Notes under the pieces: model-generated
Databases searched by the model: none
What the model was told of the DNA's origin: nothing
Seen by the model: the letters and a program-made list of their open reading frames with translations, nothing else
Part shown: positions 43,893 through 51,752 of the stretch, in pieces
Position numbering within the stretch: position 1 is the stretch's first letter
Layout of the letters: every line of letters begins with the position of its first letter
Program-made: the position numbers and the translations under genes
Assembly: GCA_964558375.1 (NCBI GenBank)
Contig: CAZLCD010000002.1
Location: forward strand, 1 to 58,859
Origin: an uncultured Candidatus Saccharibacteria bacterium
GTDB taxonomy: Bacteria; Patescibacteriota; Minisyncoccia; Phycocordibacterales; PALSA-1337
Length of the DNA: 58,859 nt
Reading direction: 5' to 3'

Positions 43893-44708
43893 TTAAAGTT
43901 TGGCGAACGGGGTGTTCAGAGGAACTTGGTTTTCCACTTTTCCTCCCACCCTTTGCTCGATTATTGGCCTGGGAGCTGGTTCGCGAATGTACTCAGAATA
44001 TTTGAGAGCTGGATCGAGATTTTGCGCGCGAGCTCTTTCCTCATATTCTTTCCATAGTTCGTAATCGAACGTCTCGCAAAGTTCGAAGACTTGACCATCA
44101 ACGCAGCCTCCGCCGTGACGCATGCGCGTATCGAGGAAGTAATTGAGATCACGAGCAAGTAGTAGCATTGCCATATTACATAGGCGATTACTACTTTCAC
44201 CTTGCGAAATGTGACGACTGATACAGAGTCTTCGCCTGTCCTCGCTCGAGAAGTTTTTCTTCCCCGACAATACGAACTCTGCAAAAAGTTTCTCTGACTC
44301 AGTACAACGTGCCCACTGCCGGAAATGCTGTCCCTTTTTACCAGGTTCGGTAATCCCAACAATCCAGGTGCCACGAGTAGGCGGATTCATTGCAAACTGT
44401 TTAGTCATAATACCGAGACCAGTGTAGCATTCCAGTTGATGATGGTGACCCTTGGAATCAAAATGAATATCACCTGTGGTCGTGTGAGCGAAACCAAAAT
44501 AAAAGTGGTACGATTTTTCCACCCTATGCCATTGTTCAGATGACATTTCATAACGGCATTCTATGAAGTCAGGTTCATCATCCCAGTGCGAGATGCCTCG
44601 GGCGTCTGTGAAATGGAAGAGTTTTTCATCTTTGACGACTGGGTTTGTGACCCGCGCAAAGGTGAGTACTTCGAGGGAACTAACCAGGTTCATCATTTTT
44701 TCATTCAT
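43893..44708 (-). CDS. Hypothetical protein, visibly GC-richer than the backbone, in a stand-alone transcription unit
   Basis: A 271-aa ORF that is Cys/His/Trp-rich with no recognised motif. It has a consensus promoter upstream and the terminator CCCCTC...GAGGGG + T run (about 43838-43866) downstream. Confidence 0.55.
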   Translation of the reverse strand: MNEKMMNLVSSLEVLTFARVTNPVVKDEKLFHFTDARGISHWDDEPDFIECRYEMSSEQWHRVEKSYHFYFGFAHTTTGDIHFDSKGHHHQLECYTGLGIMTKQFAMNPPTRGTWIVGITEPGKKGQHFRQWARCTESEKLFAEFVLSGKKNFSSEDRRRLCISRHISQGESSNRLCNMAMLLLARDLNYFLDTRMRHGGGCVDGQVFELCETFDYELWKEYEERARAQNLDPALKYSEYIREPAPRPIIEQRVGGKVENQVPLNTPFAKL

Positions 44709-44750
44709 AACATAACTTTCTCATTGCCAATGTGCTTTTCAGTCTTGAAT

Positions 44751-44764
44751 TCTTGCACATGCAA
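44751..44764. promoter_or_regulatory. Perfect inverted repeat CTTGCA-ca-TGCAAG in the leader or divergent control region
   Basis: A palindrome with 6-bp arms lies between the minus-strand promoter (44785-44813) and the start codon at 44708. Confidence 0.4.
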
Positions 44765-44784
44765 GTTCTTGACTGATACGTATA

Positions 44785-44813
44785 AATTATATCATGTATA
44801 ATATAATAAGTCA
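44785..44813 (-). promoter_or_regulatory. Consensus sigma70-type promoter for the 43893-44708 gene
   Basis: The minus strand has TTGACT (44808-44813), a 17-nt spacer, then TATAAT (44785-44790). Confidence 0.65.
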
Positions 44814-44933
44814 ATTAAGACAATATATCTAATTAGACTTAAATCTCAATCTATGTAAATATTGCCTTTGAACTGATTTTTAAGAATCACCGTGCCCCGA
44901 CGGAATCGGGTATTTGGTCTTCGATATAATGTT

Positions 44934-45782
44934 ATGAATAGATTATTGGTAATTGTACTAACTTTCCTATTTGTTACTATTACTTATTCGCAAAACCTAT
45001 TTATCGCTAGTGGCGAAGATGGTTTGATCTACAAGTATACCCCGGACGGAGATAGGAGCATCTTCGCATCGGGACTATACTCTCCACAAGGGTTAGCTTT
45101 TGATAGCGCCGGTAATTTAATTGTGGCTGATGGTCATGGCACCATCTTTAAATACACATCGAACGGAGAAAGAAGCACTTTCGCCCAGGGACTGGACTCT
45201 CCAGCAGGGTTGGTCTATAACAGTTTGGGTAACATAATCATGGGACAGTGGTATGGTGGTATTTATGAATACAGTCTCGATGGAACACAGAGGATGCCTG
45301 TTTCTGAACAGATCAATCCTTACGGACTTGCACTTGGTATTACTGGTAACCTATTTGTAGCAAGTCGTTATGAAGGTATTGTGTATGAGTATTCAAAAGA
45401 CTGGGCAAGAAGCGTTTATGTCATTGGACTGAGTAACCCCACAGGACTAACTTTTGATAGCACGGGTAATATGTATGTTGGTGATTACTCTGGCTCACAA
45501 ATAGCCAAGATTACACCCGAGGGAGTGAAGAGTACCTTTGCATCAGGTTTGCATGATGTCATCGGACTAGCTTTCAATGGCACAGGCAATTTGTTTGCAG
45601 TGAGTAGAGGAGATAATAGCGTGTTTGAGTATACGCCGGACGGAGTAAGGAGTACGTTCGCATCGGGTCTATTGCAACCAAGCTATTTAGTTTTTGAACC
45701 AGTATCAGTGCCTGAACCAATCTCAATCACTACCTGTGGTTTAGCTTTGACCCTCTTCGCCTTATGGAGGAAACGAGAATAA
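44934..45782 (+). CDS. Beta-propeller (NHL/SMP-30-like) repeat protein with signal peptide and C-terminal PEP-CTERM-like sorting motif
   Basis: About six to seven repeats of roughly 40 aa (..Y.PDG.RS.FASGL..P.GLAFDS.GNL.VA). Starting at ATG 44934 gives the signal-like MNRLLVIVLTFLFVTITYSQ. The C-terminus is VPEP + hydrophobic stretch + WRKRE. Confidence 0.7.
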   Translation: MNRLLVIVLTFLFVTITYSQNLFIASGEDGLIYKYTPDGDRSIFASGLYSPQGLAFDSAGNLIVADGHGTIFKYTSNGERSTFAQGLDSPAGLVYNSLGNIIMGQWYGGIYEYSLDGTQRMPVSEQINPYGLALGITGNLFVASRYEGIVYEYSKDWARSVYVIGLSNPTGLTFDSTGNMYVGDYSGSQIAKITPEGVKSTFASGLHDVIGLAFNGTGNLFAVSRGDNSVFEYTPDGVRSTFASGLLQPSYLVFEPVSVPEPISITTCGLALTLFALWRKRE

Positions 45783-45858
45783 TTTAATTCCACAAAAAAC
45801 AGTCAGTACAACAGCCCTGCGAAAGCTGGGTTGCTTTTTATTACTAACTTAATTTTTA

Positions 45859-46009
45859 TGGACTCGAAGAGATTCGGTCACTAGTCCTCGCCTACTGGCT
45901 CGGCTATCGACCCCGCCTCCTTCGCCTTCGCTCAGTCCGGCTTTCTCATCTATTCTCAAGATCCAGCCATAGAAAAAAGACCAGAATTGTCTGGTCTTTT
46001 TTCATGATG
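45859..46009 (-). repeat. Mini-element downstream of tRNA-Ala: terminator hairpin + GC-rich box + GACCGA + tRNA-Ala 3'-end copy
   Basis: In tRNA orientation the order is: tRNA, then terminator AAAAAAGACCAGA-caat-TCTGGTCTTTTTT (45973-46002). Next comes the GC box GAGAAAGCCGGACTGAGCGAAGGCGAAGGAGGCGGGGTCG (45908-45947), which has 3 mismatches to the tRNA-Glu copies. It ends with GACCGAATCTCTTCGAGTCCA (45859-45879). Confidence 0.8.
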
Positions 46010-46082
46010 TGGACTCGAGGAGATTCGAACTCCTGACCTTTCGCTTGCAAAGCGATTGCTCTACCAACTGAGCTACGAGCCC
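46010..46082 (-). tRNA. tRNA-Ala (anticodon UGC), no encoded CCA
   Basis: The reverse complement folds as GGGCTCG-TA-GCTC-AGTTGGTA-GAGC-A-ATCGC-TTTGCAA-GCGAA-AGGTC-AGGAG-TTCGAAT-CTCCT-CGAGTCC-A. The G3:U70 Ala identity pair is present. Confidence 0.9.
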
Positions 46083-46137
46083 GATTATTACTTGAGATTT
46101 TATCAAGTTTTGTCTAAAACTGAATAAAACTATAGCG

Positions 46138-47055
46138 TTATTTCCTACTTAATGCAAGCTGTATTATATGGTCAAGAAAATGTGACATCGAGCTACCCAC
46201 AGCGTGCAAGGACTTCGGTATCAAAGATTCTTCTGTAAGACTAGGTAAGGTATTGGTTTCCAGAATAAAAATTCCTCGGACAGGATGGATAATAAAATCT
46301 GAATTGGAATAGTGCCTTAAGCCCAAAATTTTATGAGCTTCTATTGAAAGCCTTTCCAACTCTTTTTTCTCATGATCGGAAAAATTTCCAGGGACTAAAT
46401 GTGTAAGTGTTTCTATGGCTGGCAAAGCATAATGCCTATGTGTTCTGAAATCATCTATCACCCCACAGCTTGCCTCTTTACCTTTAATAAATTCTTCAAC
46501 CAAAAGATCATTATCTTTATCGAACATCGTCTCCAGAACTTTCGATAGAGAATTCCAATCTTTAACCAAATGCAAACCAATAGATGAACCGCCCATCAAA
46601 GGCTTAATAATGATAGGCAAAGAAAAAGATTGGAATATCTGTTCATGGATTTTATTGAGATCCTTATCCTTTTTAATAACTTTTGATAGAGGAGTTTTGA
46701 GCTTGTGATCTCGATAAATTTTCTTGGACATTTCTTTATTCATACCCACCGCCGAAGCGAAAGATGTAGAACCGGTAAATGGAATGCCATGAGATTCTAA
46801 AATATGCTGAACCTTGCCATCTTCACCAAAATGTCCGTGAAGTGCATTAAAAACCACATCAACATGAGTCAAAACATCGTGAGGCAATGTAGCCACGCCA
46901 TTCATATGCCATATTCCCCGTCGATCGATAAGTACATCTCTTGCATGATATTTATCATGAGAAAGATTATTAAGAACATAAGTTCCAGTTTTTAATGAAA
47001 CCTCATATTCACTACTTGGACCACCGCGAAGAACGGCTACTCTAGTTCTGTGCAT
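46138..47055 (-). CDS. ddl: D-alanine--D-alanine ligase
   Basis: VAVLRGGPSSEYEVSL..G, ALHGHFGEDG..Q and the ATP-grasp core. Confidence 0.85.
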   Translation of the reverse strand: MHRTRVAVLRGGPSSEYEVSLKTGTYVLNNLSHDKYHARDVLIDRRGIWHMNGVATLPHDVLTHVDVVFNALHGHFGEDGKVQHILESHGIPFTGSTSFASAVGMNKEMSKKIYRDHKLKTPLSKVIKKDKDLNKIHEQIFQSFSLPIIIKPLMGGSSIGLHLVKDWNSLSKVLETMFDKDNDLLVEEFIKGKEASCGVIDDFRTHRHYALPAIETLTHLVPGNFSDHEKKELERLSIEAHKILGLRHYSNSDFIIHPVRGIFILETNTLPSLTEESLIPKSLHAVGSSMSHFLDHIIQLALSRK

Positions 47056-47076
47056 GAACTCAATTATACAATAGAA

Positions 47077-48276
47077 TTATTTAGATAAGAAACTTCGAGA
47101 GCGAACCTTCTTGTGATACGCAATAGCAAACCTATGAGCTTCACTATTTGCTAGCAAAATAGCTTTAGCATGATCATTCACCATCTTTTCATCTCCAAGA
47201 AAATGATCTGGCTTATGTGCATCATTCTTCACCACCGAGACTATAGGAATATCTTTTACTATCTCTCTCGCAGCATTTATTTGTCCAAGACCTCCATCTA
47301 TTACAATAAGATTTGGCAATTTCCATTCAGAATGAGAGAGTCTTCTGGTTAAAATTTCTTGCAGACCAGCAGTGTCGTTGTTCGCATCTTTGGAGATTTT
47401 GAACTTTCTATACTGAGATTTTTCTGGCTCACCATCAAGAAGGACAACCATCACCCCGACGGTAGCTTTCCCTGACATATGAGCTATATCATAAGCCTCT
47501 ATTCTAAAGGAGTTTTGATTGTTAATTTCATTCTTTTCTTTTATCAAAGAGATATCTTGAATATGATCTAGTGCATAGAGAGTATTGCGAACCATCTTGG
47601 CTTTTTCAAATTCCAAAGCCTCGGCGTATTCATCCATCTCCTTCTCAAGAGTTTTTATCAATTGTTTTTTCTTGCCTTCGAAAAATAGAACGAGATTGCG
47701 AATGGTTTTCTGATATTCTTTTTTTGAATCTTGTGAATCTGTATCTGGTGAAAGACCTAGAGATCTGTAGAAACTTTCTTGATGCTTAAGGTTTGCTTTC
47801 TCGTCGCGAAAAGGAAATATTTTTCTTATAATCTTCAAAGCATCCTTAAGTAGAGTGCCTTGAGGATATGGACCAAATTGATATTTTATTTTAAATTTCA
47901 AACTATCCAATTCCCTTTCACGAACGACAATCACTCTAGGGAATTCTTCATCACTAATCACTACGAGGTTGTAACTTTTATTATCCTTTTCTTTGGTATT
48001 AAAATAAGGCTGATGCTTTTTAATTTCATTTGATTCTAGGATAATGGCTTCGAGAACAGAGTCGGTTTCTATAAAGTCAATTTTGTAAGCCTTGGTCACC
48101 ATATCCACAAGTAAGGGACCGCGAGTCTGTATAAGGTCATTTGAGAAATAGCTAGATATACGATCGGCTAAGGAAGTAGCGCGACCTATATATAGTATAT
48201 TATCTTCAATATCCTTAAAGATATAAATTCCTGGGTGTTCAGGAAATTTACTTTTTTTAAAATCTTTAAAAATCAT
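47077..48276 (-). CDS. uvrC: Excinuclease UvrC, short form lacking the C-terminal (HhH)2 region
   Basis: GIY-YIG (PGIYIFKD...ILYIGRATSL), a UVR domain (ALEFEKAKMVRN) and the endonuclease domain (DLIVIDGGLGQ). At 399 aa it is well below the usual ~600. Confidence 0.8.
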   Translation of the reverse strand: MIFKDFKKSKFPEHPGIYIFKDIEDNILYIGRATSLADRISSYFSNDLIQTRGPLLVDMVTKAYKIDFIETDSVLEAIILESNEIKKHQPYFNTKEKDNKSYNLVVISDEEFPRVIVVRERELDSLKFKIKYQFGPYPQGTLLKDALKIIRKIFPFRDEKANLKHQESFYRSLGLSPDTDSQDSKKEYQKTIRNLVLFFEGKKKQLIKTLEKEMDEYAEALEFEKAKMVRNTLYALDHIQDISLIKEKNEINNQNSFRIEAYDIAHMSGKATVGVMVVLLDGEPEKSQYRKFKISKDANNDTAGLQEILTRRLSHSEWKLPNLIVIDGGLGQINAAREIVKDIPIVSVVKNDAHKPDHFLGDEKMVNDHAKAILLANSEAHRFAIAYHKKVRSRSFLSK

Positions 48277-48277
48277 T

Positions 48278-50899
48278 TTATTTCTTTAGAATTTTCTTCA
48301 AATACTGCCCCGTGTAGGATTTCTCACTTCGAGCTATATCTTCTGGAGTTCCTCTTGCTACAATCTTTCCACCACGAGACCCTCCATCTGGACCAATATC
48401 TATAACATAGTCCGCTGACTTTATAAGGTCAAGATTGTGTTCTATAACCACTACAGTATTACCCTTTTCTACAAGTCTTTGGAGTATTTCTATAAGCTTC
48501 TTCACATCTTCATAATGAAGTCCGACGGTCGGTTCATCAAGTAAGTAGATAGTTTTCTGTAAATGCGCTCGATAGAGTTCTGAAGAAATCTTCACACGCT
48601 GAGCTTCACCACCAGAAAGTGTCGTAGCACTTTGACCGAGCTTCAAGTAACCAAGACCTACTTCTTCTAGAGTTTTCAATCTATCAAAAACCGTAGGAAT
48701 ATCTTCGAAAAACTTTAAGCCTTCTTCGACAGTCATTTCCAAAACATCATAGACATTTTTGCCACGATATTTTATGTCGAGAGTTTCTTTCATAAATCTT
48801 TTACCATTACAAACCTCGCAGGGAACATAGACTGTAGGCAAGAAATGCATTTCTACAGCTATTTCTCCATTACCCTGACAAGCTTCGCAGCGACCGCCCT
48901 TTACATTAAAAGAAAACCGACTAGGACCCCATCCATGTGCACGAGCTTCAGCAGAATTGGCAAAAAGATCACGGATATGAGTCCATGAGCCTGTATAAGT
49001 TACAGGATTTGATCGAGGGGTACGACCGATAGCACTTTGATCTATAAGAATAGTTCGACCGAGGTATTCGCTACCAGTAAAGCTTGTGCAGTTGAAGATC
49101 TGCGCTGTTCTATGTCGGAATTCAAGCTTAGCCTCGAGGTTTTTGTGAAGGATTTCATACATGAAAGAACTTTTACCTGAACCAGATACTCCAGTTATAA
49201 CATTCAAACAAGAAAGTGAGATCTCCGCATTTAGATCTTTAATATTAAAAACATTTCCACCTTTAATAGAAATTTTGCCCTTAGGTTCTCTGCGAGTCTT
49301 TGGAACTTCGATTTTTTTCTCTCCACGAAGATAGGCCAAGGTAAGTGAACCAGAATCATTGTGCTTAGCAGTCAACAATTCATCCAAATATCCAGAAACC
49401 ACTACCTCACCCCCATGCACTCCAGCCTTTGGTCCGATATCGATAATATAATCTGAAGAGAACATCGTATCTTCATCGTGCTCCACTACTATTATAGTGT
49501 TGCCAAGGTCACGCAGATCTGTAAGGGTTTTTATAAGTCTGTCATTGTCTCTTTGATGAAGTCCGATAGTTGGTTCATCGAGCACATACAAAGCTCCCAC
49601 AAGTCCAGAGCCTAGCTGAGAAGCTAGACGAATACGTTGAGCTTCACCACCAGAAAGTGTGTGCGCACGACGATCGAGGGTCAAGTATTCGATACCCACA
49701 TTGACCATAAACTGCAATCGAGACTCTATCTCTTTCAGAATAACTTTGGCGATTTCTTTTTCAGATTCAGAGAGTTTGATTTCTTCAAAAAATACTTTAG
49801 CTTGCTCTATAGACATGGCTGTTGTCTCGACAATATTTATGCCATCAATTCTTACAAAAAGAGCTTCTTCTCTAAGTCTTGCACCCTTACAAGTCTCGCA
49901 CATTTCGTTGCTAAAAAATTCTTTGGTACCGAGACCATTACAAGTAGCGCAAGCTCCATAAGGTGAGTTGAAGGAGAAGAGTCTCGGCTCGATCTCTGGA
50001 TATGAAAATCCATCATATGGACACATAAACTTTACAGACATCAACTTTTCTTCATCCGGGAATTCTATTTTAATAAGTCCCTGAGCTTCTTCTATGGCTT
50101 TCTCCAAAGATTCTGAGAGTCTCTCGCGAGCATTTTCACTCTGCTTATTATCTTTGCTATCGTTTTTTGTGTTTGTTTTAAATTCACTTAGAAAAATTTC
50201 ATCGACTAGAACATCGATATTGTGTTTTTTGTTTTTATCAAGGATTATCTGTTCACGAAGACGCATGACTTTGCCATCAATCTTGACCCTATCGTACCCT
50301 TTACCTAGAAGGTCATAGAGAAGTTGATAATATTCACCCTTTCTTCCTACTACTATAGGTGCATAGATCCTCACTTTCTGGTCACTAAGCTCTATACCCA
50401 TAACTTTCTTTGAGCTTTTGTTGTATGTCATCACTTGCTTGACTATAGTTTCCAGTATTTCTTCTTTGGAAATGCGGTGAATCTCTCTATTGCAAGTCAG
50501 ACAATGAGGTTTACCTACTCTCGCAAAAAGAATACGTAGATAATCGTATATCTCTGTTATTGTCGCAACGGTGGAGCGAGGGTTGTTTGATCTAGACTTT
50601 TGGTCTATAGAAATGGCTGGAGAGAGACCTATGATCTCATCGACATCGGGCTTTTGCATCTGTTTTAGAAACTGTCTAGCGTAAGAGGAGAGAGATTCTA
50701 CATAACGTCTCTGCCCTTCAGCAAAGATAGTATCGAAAGCCAAAGAGGACTTACCAGAGCCAGAAAGACCAGTTATAGCCACCATTTTATTCCTTGGCAT
50801 TTCAACTGTTATGTTTTTTAAATTGTGAGTGCGAGCACCTTTGACAATGATTTTATCTTCATTATCTCGAGATTTTGGGCTCTGATTCTTCTTAATCAT
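48278..50899 (-). CDS. uvrA: Excinuclease ABC subunit UvrA
   Basis: Two ABC modules: [12 protein letters not shown] and [10 protein letters not shown], with LSGGEAQR present twice. Zinc modules CxxC are also present. Confidence 0.95.
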   Translation of the reverse strand: MIKKNQSPKSRDNEDKIIVKGARTHNLKNITVEMPRNKMVAITGLSGSGKSSLAFDTIFAEGQRRYVESLSSYARQFLKQMQKPDVDEIIGLSPAISIDQKSRSNNPRSTVATITEIYDYLRILFARVGKPHCLTCNREIHRISKEEILETIVKQVMTYNKSSKKVMGIELSDQKVRIYAPIVVGRKGEYYQLLYDLLGKGYDRVKIDGKVMRLREQIILDKNKKHNIDVLVDEIFLSEFKTNTKNDSKDNKQSENARERLSESLEKAIEEAQGLIKIEFPDEEKLMSVKFMCPYDGFSYPEIEPRLFSFNSPYGACATCNGLGTKEFFSNEMCETCKGARLREEALFVRIDGINIVETTAMSIEQAKVFFEEIKLSESEKEIAKVILKEIESRLQFMVNVGIEYLTLDRRAHTLSGGEAQRIRLASQLGSGLVGALYVLDEPTIGLHQRDNDRLIKTLTDLRDLGNTIIVVEHDEDTMFSSDYIIDIGPKAGVHGGEVVVSGYLDELLTAKHNDSGSLTLAYLRGEKKIEVPKTRREPKGKISIKGGNVFNIKDLNAEISLSCLNVITGVSGSGKSSFMYEILHKNLEAKLEFRHRTAQIFNCTSFTGSEYLGRTILIDQSAIGRTPRSNPVTYTGSWTHIRDLFANSAEARAHGWGPSRFSFNVKGGRCEACQGNGEIAVEMHFLPTVYVPCEVCNGKRFMKETLDIKYRGKNVYDVLEMTVEEGLKFFEDIPTVFDRLKTLEEVGLGYLKLGQSATTLSGGEAQRVKISSELYRAHLQKTIYLLDEPTVGLHYEDVKKLIEILQRLVEKGNTVVVIEHNLDLIKSADYVIDIGPDGGSRGGKIVARGTPEDIARSEKSYTGQYLKKILKK

Positions 50900-50949
50900 G
50901 GTAGTTGTTAACTATAACAACATATACAAAATAGGCAAATACCCCACCA

Positions 50950-51744
50950 CTAGGATGATTTCAAGAGAAGATCCACTTCTCTAATGATTTCATCTAGAGA
51001 AACAGCTGCTTTAACCAAAAATTTATTGACACCCAGCATCTTGGCTTTGTCCAAGTCGCTCTGTTTGCTCATATTGGAAAGCATGATGGTTGGAATGTTT
51101 TTAAATTTCTCATCCATTTTAACTTTCTGTAATATTTCAAAACCATTTGTCTCTGGCAAGAGCAAGTCCAAAACTATGATATCTGGTGTTTCTGTTTCTA
51201 AAATCTTAAATAGTTCATCGGCTTTATTGGCTTTCAATAATATATGACCGGTACTTTCAAACTTTTTTGATAAAATTGAACTCAAGAGTCTATCGTCTTC
51301 TACCCATAAGACTTTTTTACCACTTCCAACTCCAGTTTTTGTATTTTCCATATTTTCTTGTTTTATTTCTCTTCCAAATACTTTCTCTATTTTAATAATA
51401 ATTTCTTTTACTTCGATATGAGACTTTATAATATAATCTTTTATGATCGGTGTCGATGGAATCTGCTTCATCTGTATAGGGTTGCCAGAATTTGAAACCA
51501 CTATCACAGGAATCTTGGTTATGTCTCGATCGAAACTTTTTTCATTTAAAATATCATAACCACTTTTGTTAGGAAGAACTGTATCTATAACCAAAAGGTC
51601 AGGCTTAAATTCCTTCATGCGCGCAATAACATCCCCTCCAACAGTAACTATGTTGGGTGAATAATCGAGTTTATTGAGCTCTTCTACTAATGAATTTGCA
51701 AGACCAGTGTCGTTAAGAGCAACCAAAATTTTCTCCTTAGACAT
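50950..51744 (-). CDS. Tandem receiver-domain response regulator without output domain
   Basis: The second domain is a canonical REC: VLWVEDD, IIVLDLLLPETNG, MLSN and KFLVK. The first domain is REC-like but more divergent. Confidence 0.7.
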   Translation of the reverse strand: MSKEKILVALNDTGLANSLVEELNKLDYSPNIVTVGGDVIARMKEFKPDLLVIDTVLPNKSGYDILNEKSFDRDITKIPVIVVSNSGNPIQMKQIPSTPIIKDYIIKSHIEVKEIIIKIEKVFGREIKQENMENTKTGVGSGKKVLWVEDDRLLSSILSKKFESTGHILLKANKADELFKILETETPDIIVLDLLLPETNGFEILQKVKMDEKFKNIPTIMLSNMSKQSDLDKAKMLGVNKFLVKAAVSLDEIIREVDLLLKSS

Positions 51745-51752
51745 GCCTTGTA

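Larger units (their letters stand above)
43280..46009 (-). mobile_element. Accessory island inserted at the 3' end of tRNA-Ala (no integrase visible)
   Basis: It is bounded by the intact tRNA-Ala (46010-46082) and the displaced 3'-end copy (43280-43300), with a further GACCGA-type copy at 45859-45879. The cargo genes are partly GC-richer than the backbone. Confidence 0.6.
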
